From Dehalococcoidia bacterium (GTDB lineage Bacteria > Chloroflexota > Dehalococcoidia > Bin125), in contig OZ251457.1 in NCBI GenBank assembly GCA_965242565.1, positions 172,046-236,045 of the forward strand: a stretch of 64,000 nt of DNA, in the 5' to 3' direction. The notes below the pieces were generated by a model. It was given only the letters and a program-made list of their open reading frames with translations, searched no databases and was not told the origin of the DNA. This document shows, piece by piece, positions 1-9,375 of this stretch; position 1 is the stretch's first letter; the number at the start of each line of letters is the position of its first letter. Position numbers and translations under genes: made by a program.

Positions 1-1
1 G

Positions 2-406
2 AGCGCGGTCGCCGGCGGGAGCGCGACGCTGGTGCGGGTGGGCGCGGACTTGGTTACGAAGGACGGCGCGGCCTCCTCGACCTGGCTGGCCGCCAGTTCG
101 GGCGGCGCCTTCGTATCGGTCAAGGCGGGCGCGCAGCAGCAGTTGCACCCGCTCACGTTCGCCGCGCCGCAGGTCTCGCTGGTCGAGTCGATGAGCAACG
201 GCGCGGGCCCGGGCTTCGGCATCTGGCTGGGGCGCGCGTCGGTCCAGGCGGCCGACCTGGTCGCCGGCGTGGAGGGCGTGGACGCGATCCACACCCTGCG
301 CAGCCTGCCCTCGCGCTGGGTGACCTACGCGGTCGACGACGGGGTGCTGCGCTACGGCTCGGTCAATCACGAGATTCAGCCCGGCGACATCTACTGGGTG
401 GAGTAG
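2..406 (+). CDS. C-terminal part of a hypothetical protein (frame open to window edge)
   Basis: The frame of ORF 32..406 has no stop back to base 2. No motif recognised. Confidence 0.35.
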   Translation, partial: SAVAGGSATLVRVGADLVTKDGAASSTWLAASSGGAFVSVKAGAQQQLHPLTFAAPQVSLVESMSNGAGPGFGIWLGRASVQAADLVAGVEGVDAIHTLRSLPSRWVTYAVDDGVLRYGSVNHEIQPGDIYWVE

Positions 407-477
407 GCGCGCGGGGCGCCCGGATGGGCGCCCCGCGCGGCCTCCCACGCCCGTACGCACCTCCCCATCTCCAAGCT

Positions 478-629
478 CCGTCGCCCCAGACTTGATCTGG
501 GGCCCATACGGCGGTTGTGCGCGGGACGGAGTCCCGAGCGGCCTGCGGGCGGGATTTGGCGGGCTGCTCGGGACCTCCGCCCTGCGCACAACGTTGGGTT
601 TGGGCCCCAGATCAAGTCTGGAACGACGG
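478..629. repeat. ~150-bp imperfect palindrome (family P)
   Basis: Left arm CCGTCGCCCCAGACTTGATCTGGGGCCCATACGGCGG and right arm GTTGGGTTTGGGCCCCAGATCAAGTCTGGAACGACGG are reverse complements. Related copies at 767-820, 15738-15888 and 30855-30950. Confidence 0.7.
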
Positions 630-686
630 AAGGGGGCGGGGCGGCGGATGGGGGCGGGCGCGGGGGTTGGAGGTGAAGCGGGGCCG

Positions 687-1000
687 ATTCCCGCTCGGGG
701 GCGGGAATGACGAAGTGAGGGCGGCAGGAATGACGAATGGGGCACGGCGGCGGAGGTGGTTCGCGCCTTCGGCCTGCGCACAGGGTTGGGTTTGGGCCCC
801 AGATCAAGTCTGGGGCGACGGAAAGGGGGAGGCGGGAACGGCGGGTGGAGGCTGTTCGGGGCTGATTCCCGCTCGGGGGCGGGAATGACGAGAAAAGGGC
901 GGCGGGAATGACGGGGAAGAGAGGTGGCGGGAATGGGGGGAAAAGGGCGCGGGAATGGCGGGGAAAAGGGCGCAGAAATGGGGGGGTGTGAAGACGGGAG
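687..1000. repeat. Hairpin plus GGGAATGACGG-type degenerate tandem tail (family H), including a half copy of family P
   Basis: ATTCCCGC-TCGGGG-GCGGGAAT hairpins at 687-708 and 865-886. GGGAATG(A/G)CGG-like units run to about 990. The same motifs occur near 15.6-16.1, 30.8-31.05 and 38.37-38.59 kb. Confidence 0.65.
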
Positions 1001-1040
1001 GGTGAAGAGGCTTTAGTCTGGGGGCGACGCGGGGGCGTCG

Positions 1041-2060
1041 GTGGAGGTTCGCGTGGCTCGCATCGCCATTCTTGGTCTTGGGTACATTGGGGGCTCGATT
1101 GGGCTGGGGCTGAAGAAGGCCCGGCTCAAGAACACGGAGATCGTGGGCTACGACGACTGGCGGCGGGCGCGGCGGACGGCCGACAAGGAAGGCGTGGCGG
1201 ACAAGGTGGTCGGCAGCGTGCGGGAGGCGGTGGAGGGCGCGGGGCTGGTGATCGTGGCGACGCCGCCGGCTGCGGCGGAGGAGATGTTCGAGGAGATGGC
1301 GCCGCATCTGGGGCGTGGGGCGGCGGTGACCGATGTGGCGGCGTCGAAGCGGGTGATCCACGCCGCGGCGGCGGATCATCTGCCGCGCGGTGTCTCGTTC
1401 ATCGGCGGGCATCCGATGGCCGGCAGCGCTGCGACCTTCGGCATCGAAAATGCGAAGGCCGATCTGTTCCAGGGGACGCGCTGGTTCGTGTGCAGCACGC
1501 CGAGCGCGACCGAGGCATCGGTGCGCTCGGTGCTGGGGATGATCCGCGAGCTGGGAGCGGAGCCGCACTTTCTCAACGACGATGAGCACGACTATCTGAT
1601 GGCGGCGGTGAGCCACCTGCCGCTGCTGGTCTCGACGGCGCTGTTCACGGTGCTGCGCGGGAGTGAGGGGTGGACGGACTTCGGGCGCGGCGCGGGGGAC
1701 ACGTTCCAAACGATGGCCGGCTACAACGCCGGCGATCCCAGCCTGACCACCGAGATTATGGTCACCAACCGCGAGCAGGTGCAGCACTGGATCGACCGTT
1801 TGGTGGTCGAGCTGCATCGTCTGCGCGATGTGCTTGACGGCGAGGAGGAAGCGGTCTTTGAGGAGTTCGCCAACGCGCAGATGAACTACGCGCGTTTCCA
1901 GCACGGCGACGATCTGGATCGCGGGCAGGAAGCGCCGGACATTCCCGACAGCCGCTCGCAGATGGCCGCGCTGCTGGTCTCGCAGCGGCTCTATGACCGC
2001 GTGCGCGAGATGAGCAAGCGGCAAGAGGATCGTGAGCGCCAGGGACGCGCGCGTCGCTGA
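1041..2060 (+). CDS. tyrA: Prephenate/arogenate dehydrogenase
   Basis: N-terminal Rossmann motif IAILGLGYIGGSIG, the GGHPMAGS motif, and context next to aroA. Start could instead be GTG 1053. Confidence 0.85.
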   Translation: MEVRVARIAILGLGYIGGSIGLGLKKARLKNTEIVGYDDWRRARRTADKEGVADKVVGSVREAVEGAGLVIVATPPAAAEEMFEEMAPHLGRGAAVTDVAASKRVIHAAAADHLPRGVSFIGGHPMAGSAATFGIENAKADLFQGTRWFVCSTPSATEASVRSVLGMIRELGAEPHFLNDDEHDYLMAAVSHLPLLVSTALFTVLRGSEGWTDFGRGAGDTFQTMAGYNAGDPSLTTEIMVTNREQVQHWIDRLVVELHRLRDVLDGEEEAVFEEFANAQMNYARFQHGDDLDRGQEAPDIPDSRSQMAALLVSQRLYDRVREMSKRQEDRERQGRARR

Positions 2061-3382
2061 TGGCTGCGCTCGCGTCGGACACGCTGCGCCTCAGCCCGAT
2101 CGGCCCGCTGCGCGGCTCGCTGGCTGTGCCCGGCGACAAGTCGATCTCGCATCGCGCGCTGATCTGCAATGCGCTGGCGCGGGGCGATGCGCGGATCGAG
2201 AATCTGCTCGAAAGCGCCGACTGCCGCAGCACGATCGCCTGTCTGAAGCGTTGGGGTGTTGAGTTCGAGCGCGACGGCGACGCGCTGATCGTGCGCAGCC
2301 CGGGGCTCGACGGCTTCGAGGCGTCTCCCGACCTGCTCGATTGCGGCAACAGCGGTACGACGATGCGTCTGCTCGCGGGGATCGGCGCGACGCTGCCGTT
2401 CGCGTCGACGCTCGACGGCGACGAGTCGCTGCGCCGGCGTCCGATGGATCGCGTGCTGGAGCCGCTGGCGGAGATGGGCGCGCTGACCAGTGGGCGCGAC
2501 AGCGGCATGTCTGGCAAGTATGCGCCGATCAGCGTTGCCGGTCGGGCCGGTGGGCTGTTGCCGTTTCGTGGGAAGATGTCCGTCGCCAGCGGGCAGTTGA
2601 AGAGTGCGCTGATCTTCGCCGCGCTCCGCGCTGGCGGCGAGAGCGAGATCGAAGAGGTCGGCCCCAGCCGCGACCATACCGAGCGGATGCTGCGTGCGAT
2701 GGGCGCGGACATTTCGACATCCGGCGCGATGATCACCGTGCGCCCCGGCGCGCCGCTGCGTCCGCGCGATCTCCAGGTGCCCGGCGATATCAGCGCGGCG
2801 GCGTTCTGGATCGTCGCCGCCACGATCGTGTCCGACTCGGAGCTCACGCTGCCCGCGGTGGGAATCAACCCCACCCGTGCCGGCGTGGTCGACGCTCTTC
2901 GTGCGATGGGTGCCGACATCACGCTTGAGCGCGAGCGCGAGGTCTCCGGCGAGCCGGTCGCGGACATTCGCGTGCGGTATGCCCCGCTGCGCGGCATTGA
3001 GGCCGGCGGCGATCTGGTCGTGCGGGCGCTGGATGAGTGGCCGGTGATCGCGGTGGCGGCCGCCGTCGCGGAGGGGCCGACCGAAATCCGCGATGCGGAG
3101 GAGCTGCGCGTTAAGGAATCCGACCGCATCGCCGCCAGCGCCGCGATGCTACGGGCGCTCGGCGCGGAAGTGGAAGAGCGTCCCGACGGGATGCGGATCG
3201 CCGGCGGCGCGACGCTGCGCGGCGGTGGCGTCGAGTCGCGCGGCGATCACCGCATCGCAATGGCGGCGGCGGTCGCGTCGATGATCGCCGAAGGCGAGAC
3301 GGAGCTGCGCGGCGCTGGGTCGGTCGCGATCTCGTATCCTGGGTTTTGGCGCGATCTGGAACGGCTCAGCAATGGCGACTGA
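2060..3382 (+). CDS. aroA: 3-phosphoshikimate 1-carboxyvinyltransferase (EPSP synthase)
   Basis: VPGDKSISHRALI, LDCGNSGTTMRLL and ESDRI motifs. The start overlaps the tyrA stop. Confidence 0.92.
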   Translation: MAALASDTLRLSPIGPLRGSLAVPGDKSISHRALICNALARGDARIENLLESADCRSTIACLKRWGVEFERDGDALIVRSPGLDGFEASPDLLDCGNSGTTMRLLAGIGATLPFASTLDGDESLRRRPMDRVLEPLAEMGALTSGRDSGMSGKYAPISVAGRAGGLLPFRGKMSVASGQLKSALIFAALRAGGESEIEEVGPSRDHTERMLRAMGADISTSGAMITVRPGAPLRPRDLQVPGDISAAAFWIVAATIVSDSELTLPAVGINPTRAGVVDALRAMGADITLEREREVSGEPVADIRVRYAPLRGIEAGGDLVVRALDEWPVIAVAAAVAEGPTEIRDAEELRVKESDRIAASAAMLRALGAEVEERPDGMRIAGGATLRGGGVESRGDHRIAMAAAVASMIAEGETELRGAGSVAISYPGFWRDLERLSNGD

Positions 3383-3971
3383 AGATCCGCCGATCGTCGT
3401 CGTGCTGTCCGGCCCCTCCGGCGCGGGCAAGGACACCGTGCTGCGGCTGGCGCTGAGCCTCGACGACTCGCTGGCGACGGTGGCGACCGCGAAAACGCGC
3501 GCGCCGCGCCCGGGCGAACAGCACGGCGTGCATCACGTCTTCCTGACGGATCAGGAGTTCGACCGCTGGCTGGCGGAGGACGCCTTCCTTGAGCACGCCA
3601 CCGTCTACGGCCACCGCAGCGGCGTGCCCCGCCAGGCTGTGGAAGAGCTGCTGGCGGCCGGCAAGTCGGTGATCATCCGCACTGATATCCAGGGTGCGCG
3701 GACGCTGCGCGAGCGGTTGCCGGGCTGCTTGTTGGTCTTCGTCACCGTCGCCGACCGCGCGCAGCTGCGTCGGCGGATGGAGTCGCGCGGCACCGATAGC
3801 GAAGCAGATATGCAGCGTCGGCTGGCCGAAGCCGACGCCGAGATGGCCGAGTCGGACTGGTTCGACCACATCGTAGTCAACGAGGAAGGCAAGCAGCAGG
3901 CCGCGGCGGAGTCGCTGCTCGCGCAGATCCGCGCCGCTCGCCAGGCAGCTGTGCGGCTTGGCTTGTCCTGA
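3372..3971 (+). CDS. gmk: Guanylate kinase-like nucleoside monophosphate kinase
   Basis: P-loop VLSGPSGAGKDT, a TRAPRPGE motif, a FLEHATVYG-type segment, and RRMESRGTDSE. Confidence 0.75.
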   Translation: MATEDPPIVVVLSGPSGAGKDTVLRLALSLDDSLATVATAKTRAPRPGEQHGVHHVFLTDQEFDRWLAEDAFLEHATVYGHRSGVPRQAVEELLAAGKSVIIRTDIQGARTLRERLPGCLLVFVTVADRAQLRRRMESRGTDSEADMQRRLAEADAEMAESDWFDHIVVNEEGKQQAAAESLLAQIRAARQAAVRLGLS

Positions 3972-4024
3972 GCGCTTCTACCCACTCATTGTCGCTCCTG
4001 CGCGTGTCCGGGTGTCGCCGTTGA

Positions 4025-4052
4025 TTGACATTGCCGCCGCGCGCTCTAGTCT
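4025..4052 (+). promoter_or_regulatory. Sigma70-like promoter candidate for the trp operon
   Basis: TTGACA (4025-4030), a 16-nt spacer, then TAGTCT (4047-4052), about 180 nt upstream of trpE. Confidence 0.4.
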
Positions 4053-4063
4053 GACTGGCAGGA

Positions 4064-4220
4064 GTTGCGATGACTCGCCCCAGTGGACACGGCCCACTGC
4101 GCCCAAACCTCGGTCGGCGGCTGTTGGCGCGGCATCGCACATCCGGGGGTGAAGGGGGTTGGCGGCGCGTCCGTCCGTAGACGCTGACGCCCGCGGCGCG
4201 CCGCAGCGCCGCCTTGTTCC
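4064..4220 (+). promoter_or_regulatory. Candidate Trp-specific T-box-like leader with terminator-like hairpin
   Basis: GUUGCGAUGA at 4064-4073 resembles the base of T-box Stem I and pairs with CAUCGC at 4133-4138. UGG triplets at 4084 and 4125. T-box-like AAGGGGGUUGGCGGCGCG at 4152-4169 contains UGGC. Hairpin GCGGCGC-GCCGCA-GCGCCGC at 4193-4212 is followed by CUUGUU. Confidence 0.3.
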
Positions 4221-4234
4221 CCGGAGCACGCATC

Positions 4235-5731
4235 ATGCCCCCGACCGGCGACCATCGCCCCTCGCTCGACGAATTCAAAGCCATCGCCGCCCGCGGCGAC
4301 GGCAACTTCGCGCCGATCTACCGCGAGGTTTTGGCCGACCTCGAAACGCCTGTCTCCGCCTTCCTCAAGGTCAAGCGCGGCCCCTACTCGTTCCTGCTGG
4401 AGTCCGTTGAGGGCGGCGAGCGGCCGGGCCGCTACTCGTTCATCGGCACCGAGCCCTACCGCGTGCTGCGCGCTCCGTCGGGCGGCGGCGAGGATCCGCT
4501 GCGGCTTGTTGAGCAGGAGTTGGACCGCTTCCGGCTGGTCGCCAACTCCGACCTGCCGCCGTTCTGCGGGGGCGCGGTGGGCTATCTGGCCTACGAGGCG
4601 ATCCGCCACTTCGAGCCGCGCGTGCAGCCCGCGCCGCACGACCCTCATGGGCTGCCGGAGGCGCTCTTCCAGTTTGTGGATACCGTGCTGGTCTTCGACC
4701 ACCTCAAGCATGTGATTCGGGTGGTCAGCCACGCGCGGCTCGACGGCGATGTGGAGTCGGCCTACCGGCAGGCGCAGTTCCGGATCGACGAACTGGTCGA
4801 ACGCCTGCAGGACGGCCAACCCGTGCCGCCGACCGACGCGCCCGAACCGCCCGACCACCAGGCCGCGATCCGCTCCAACATGGAGCGCGAGGCCTACTTC
4901 TCCGACGTGAAGCGGATCGTCGACTACATCATCGAAGGCGACATCATCCAGTGCGTCTACTCGCAGCGCTTCTCGCGCGAGACGTTTGTGCATCCGTTCA
5001 ACGTCTACCGCACGCTGCGCACGGTGAATCCCTCGCCCTACACCTACTACCTGGAGATGGGCGACCACCAGATCGTGGGCACATCGCCGGAGCTCCTGGT
5101 GATCGTCGAAGACGGCAAGGTGGCGACGCACCCGATCGCGGGGACCCGGCGGCGTGGTCAGAGCGAGGCGGAAGATGCGGCGCTGGAAGCGGAGTTGCGC
5201 AACGACGAGAAGGAGATCGCCGAACACGTGATGCTGCTCGATTTGGGGCGCAACGATGTGGGGCGCGTGGCCAAACCGGGCACGGTGCGCGTCACGCAGG
5301 AGCTGGATGTGGAGCGCTACAGCCACGTGATGCATCTGGTCTCGCACGTAGAGGCGGAGATGCGCGAGGACTGCACGGCATTCGACGCCGTGCGGGCGAC
5401 TTTCCCCGCCGGTACGGTCTCGGGCGCGCCGAAGATTCGCGCGATGGAGATTATCTCCGAGCTGGAGGAGGATCAGCGCGGCCCCTACGCCGGCGCGCTG
5501 GGCTATTTCGGCTTCGGCGGCAACATGGAGACGGCGATCACGATCCGCACGATCCTGATGCAGGACGGCGTGGCGTCGGTGCAGGCCGGCGGCGGGATCG
5601 TGTTCGACAGCACACCGCAGTTCGAGTTCGAGGAGACGGTGAACAAGGCGATGGGGATGTTCACGGCGCTCGATCTCGCCGAAGAGCGCAGCCGCAGCGG
5701 GGCGTCCGGCGGCGGCTCGCGCGGATACTGA
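4235..5731 (+). CDS. trpE: Anthranilate synthase component I
   Basis: LLESVEGGERPGRYSFIG, GTSPE and GYFGFGGNMETAITIRT motifs. GGAG lies 8 nt upstream of ATG 4235; the track ORF starts at TTG 4214. Confidence 0.93.
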   Translation: MPPTGDHRPSLDEFKAIAARGDGNFAPIYREVLADLETPVSAFLKVKRGPYSFLLESVEGGERPGRYSFIGTEPYRVLRAPSGGGEDPLRLVEQELDRFRLVANSDLPPFCGGAVGYLAYEAIRHFEPRVQPAPHDPHGLPEALFQFVDTVLVFDHLKHVIRVVSHARLDGDVESAYRQAQFRIDELVERLQDGQPVPPTDAPEPPDHQAAIRSNMEREAYFSDVKRIVDYIIEGDIIQCVYSQRFSRETFVHPFNVYRTLRTVNPSPYTYYLEMGDHQIVGTSPELLVIVEDGKVATHPIAGTRRRGQSEAEDAALEAELRNDEKEIAEHVMLLDLGRNDVGRVAKPGTVRVTQELDVERYSHVMHLVSHVEAEMREDCTAFDAVRATFPAGTVSGAPKIRAMEIISELEEDQRGPYAGALGYFGFGGNMETAITIRTILMQDGVASVQAGGGIVFDSTPQFEFEETVNKAMGMFTALDLAEERSRSGASGGGSRGY

Positions 5732-5741
5732 GGCTGCGACG

Positions 5742-6914
5742 ATGGCTGACGCGCTGATCATCGGCTACGGCGTGCGCTTCGACGACGAGGGCCGTGTGCT
5801 GCTGCTGCACCGCCGCGCGGATCGTCCGCCCTGGGCGGAGCGCTGGTGGCTGCCCGGCGATGCCACGCCGCTCACCGAAGAGCCGGACGCGACCGTGCCG
5901 CGCGTCTTTGCGCACCTGCTGCGCCAGGATGTGTCGGCGGGCTACGTGGAGACGGTCTTCGGCGAGGAGCCGCAGAGCGGACGGCACACCGTCCACAACG
6001 GCTATCTGGTCACACTGCGCGGCGCGTTGGAGCCGCAGCCGGACGACGAAACGAATCCGTTCGACGCGGCGCAGTGGTTCACGCGCGCAGAGGCGCTGGC
6101 GGAGTTGCCGTCGGAGCAGGCGGCGCTGCTGCGGGCGGCGATTGAGCTGGATGAGGCGGGCATCGCGCCGGAGCCGCCCAAGGACCCCGATGCGTTATTC
6201 GCCGAGCCGCCGACGCAGCGGGAAGAGCCGACGCGCGCGTTGCGCGAGGTGCGGCACGATCGCGGCGAGGCAATCCTCGGCGAGGTGCTGGGCGCTGTTC
6301 CCGACTTCGGCGAGCTCGGCGCGTTCGGCGACTGGCTGGTTGAGCATGTCTGGGGCGAGGTTTGGCAGACTGAGCATCCCTCGCGGCGCGACCGCAGCAT
6401 CGCCGCTGTTGCCCTCTGCGCCTCGCTGCGGCTCTGGGACGCGCTGCGCTTCAATGTCCGCATCGCCGAGGCCAACGGGCTGTCGCGCGACGAAATCGGG
6501 GAAATCTGCCTCCAACTCGCCGCCGATGCGGGCTTCCCCTACGCCAACGAATCGCTCGCCGAGTTGGGGCGGCTCTGGGTGCTGGAATCCGGGCGTTTCG
6601 CTCCCGCGCCGTCCGCCGCTCCGCCGGCGGACGCGCCGGACGGCCGCGACGAGCTGGAGCTCACATCGCTCGCCTGGGCGCGCGGCGAAGTCTGGTCGCG
6701 CCCGCAGCTGCCGACCCGTGAGCGCGCGCTCGTCTCGCTGATGGCCGTGCTCGCGCTCGGCGTGAGCGAGCAGATCGACGCGCAGCTCGCGCATGCGCTC
6801 AACAGCGGCGTCTCGGCGGCGGAGCTGGACGGCCTCATGCCGCTGGTCGCTGTGTTCGTCGGCGTCCACCGCGCCGAGGCTGGCGCGTCGGCGCTGCGAC
6901 GGCTCATAGAATGA
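5742..6914 (+). CDS. Fusion protein: degenerate Nudix-like N-domain plus two carboxymuconolactone decarboxylase (CMD/PcaC-like) domains
   Basis: The N-terminus resembles a Nudix fold (GRVLLLHR...WWLPGD). Two PcaC-like repeats: VWGEVWQTEHPSRRDRSIAAVA and ARGEVWSRPQLPTRERALVSLMA. Confidence 0.7.
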   Translation: MADALIIGYGVRFDDEGRVLLLHRRADRPPWAERWWLPGDATPLTEEPDATVPRVFAHLLRQDVSAGYVETVFGEEPQSGRHTVHNGYLVTLRGALEPQPDDETNPFDAAQWFTRAEALAELPSEQAALLRAAIELDEAGIAPEPPKDPDALFAEPPTQREEPTRALREVRHDRGEAILGEVLGAVPDFGELGAFGDWLVEHVWGEVWQTEHPSRRDRSIAAVALCASLRLWDALRFNVRIAEANGLSRDEIGEICLQLAADAGFPYANESLAELGRLWVLESGRFAPAPSAAPPADAPDGRDELELTSLAWARGEVWSRPQLPTRERALVSLMAVLALGVSEQIDAQLAHALNSGVSAAELDGLMPLVAVFVGVHRAEAGASALRRLIE

Positions 6915-7730
6915 CGGACAGGACGGAGACTTCAACCATGGCGACTCACGCAGAACGACGCGCGACGGGCATCCGCACGCTGAGCGAGATGACCGGCAAT
7001 CCAGCGCCGGCCTTCGAGGGAATCGAAGCGCGCACCGGCGCATTCGGCAGCTTTGTGCTGGACTACGTGTTCGGCCAAATCTGGCAGGGCGACGAGCTGA
7101 GCCGGCGCGACCGCAACCTGGCGTCGCTGGCGATGCTGGGCGCGCTCGAACGGCTCGACGCGGTGCGTTTCCACGCGAGCTTCGGCGCGGCCAACGGCCT
7201 CGAACGCGAGCAGATCGCGGAGATCGCGCTACAGATCGCGGGCTACTCCGGCTTCCCCGCCGGCAACGCGATGATCGATGTACTGCACCAGATGTGGAGC
7301 GAGCAGGACGGCGAGCCCTACGTCATCCCGCCGGCCGCGCACAAGGACGACGAGCAGCGCCACCGCGACGCGGTTGACGTGATGCGCACGCTCAACGCGC
7401 AGGCCGAGGCGCAGGACCCCGCCGAGGCGCTGGCCGGGATGGAGCGGATCGGTCCCGTCGGCAAGCTGGCCTTCGAGTTCGCCTTCGGCGATCTGTGGTC
7501 CCGCGGCCAACTCTCGCGCCGCGACCGCTCACTGGTCGTGGTCAGCATCCTCGTCGCACTGAACAAGGTGGAGGAGCTGCAGTTCCACATCCCCGGCGCG
7601 CTCAATCACGGCGTCACGGCGACCGAGCTGGAGGGCGTGATGGCCACCGCCGCCTACTGCTGCGGCTTCCCCCGCGCCGTCGAGGGCTACCGCGCGCTGC
7701 GCCGCATCCTGCGAGAACGGGAGGGCGACG

Positions 7731-7738
<8 letters not shown>
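6911..7738 (+). CDS. Tandem carboxymuconolactone decarboxylase (CMD) family protein
   Basis: Two PcaC-like repeats: [23 protein letters not shown] and [27 protein letters not shown] overlap with the upstream gene and an 8-nt overlap with trpG. Confidence 0.75.
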
Positions 7739-8325
<587 letters not shown>

Positions 8326-8336
<11 letters not shown>

Positions 8337-9375
8337 GGGAGACCTGACGGCGGCGCTGGGCGCCCTGATCGAGGAGCGGCGCAGCCTCTCCGGTGCCGAG
8401 GCGTCGGCGGCGATGGACGCGCTGATGTCCGGCGAGGCGGATCCGCATCAGGCGTCGGCGCTGCTGGCCGCGCTGCGGCTCAAGGGCGAAACGGTCGACG
8501 AAGTTGTGGGGCTGGCGCGGACGATGCGCGAGCACGCGCTGGCCGTTGATTTGGCCGATCTGCCGCGCGTGGCGGACACGGCGGGCACCGGCGGCGACGG
8601 CCAGCACACGTTCAACGCCAGCACGGCCGCCGCCTTCGTGCTGGCCGGCTGCGGCGTGTCCGTCGCCAAGCACGGCAACCGCGCGATGTCCTCCAGCTGC
8701 GGCAGCGCCGATGTGCTCGAAGCGCTGGGCGGCTGCATCGTGCTCGGACCGACGCAGGCGGCGGCCTGCATCCGCGAAGTCGGTTTCGGTTTCCTCTTTG
8801 CGCAGACCTACCACCCCGCGATGCGCCACATCGCGCCGATCCGACGCGGGATCGGCATCCGCACCGTCTTCAATATGCTCGGTCCGCTGACCAATCCGGC
8901 TCGGGCGACGCACCAGCTGATCGGCGTCGCTCGCCCAGAACTCGGTCCGCTGATGGCGGAGGCGCTGCAACGACTCGGTGTGCGGCGCGGTCTCGTCGTG
9001 CATGGCGCGGAGGGGCTGGACGAGGTTTCGCCGACGGGCGAGACGCGCGTTTGGCAGGTGGACAGCGGCGGCGTGACGGAGTTCAGCGTGCGTCCCCAGG
9101 ACTTCCAAATTCGTCCCGTGCCGCTCGACGCGGTGCGCGGCGGCGATGCCGTCGAGTCCGCCGCGCGGATGTGCGAGGTGCTGGGTGGCAAGACCTCGGC
9201 GCTGACCGGCTTCGTCACGCTCAACGCCGCAGCTGCGCTGTTCGCAGCCGAGGAGGTTCCCACATTCGCCGAAGGCGTCAGCCGCTCCGCTGAGTGCCTC
9301 GACGACCAACGCGCCCTGCGCAAGCTCGAACTGTTCGTCGAGCGTTCGCAGGCGCTTGCGCAGGAGGCGACGTAA
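8326..9375 (+). CDS. trpD: Anthranilate phosphoribosyltransferase
   Basis: [15 protein letters not shown] and [10 protein letters not shown] motifs. Confidence 0.93.

Noticed and set aside
391-888. ORFs 391..807(-), 492..710(+) and 517..888(+) inside the repeat region (likewise 15565..15960, 15642..15980 and 15680..16042)
   Set aside because: They lie entirely within palindromic repeats and give mirror-image peptides on both strands (for example LIWGPNPTLCAGRR and MPRSLPPARTGVS). That is expected from inverted repeats, not from genes.
804-2024. 406-aa minus-strand ORF overlapping tyrA and the upstream repeats
   Set aside because: The product is Arg/Pro/His-rich and low-complexity. It is antisense to a gene with clear prephenate dehydrogenase motifs. 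This is a typical shadow ORF in very GC-rich DNA.
3958-4152. Trp-rich leader peptide (classical attenuation) upstream of trpE
   Set aside because: The ORFs in the leader contain at most a single Trp codon and no tandem UGG codons, so a leader-peptide attenuator is not supported.
4046-5761. 571-aa minus-strand ORF antisense to trpE
   Set aside because: No recognisable motifs and Arg/Ala/His-rich composition. The plus strand encodes an unambiguous anthranilate synthase.
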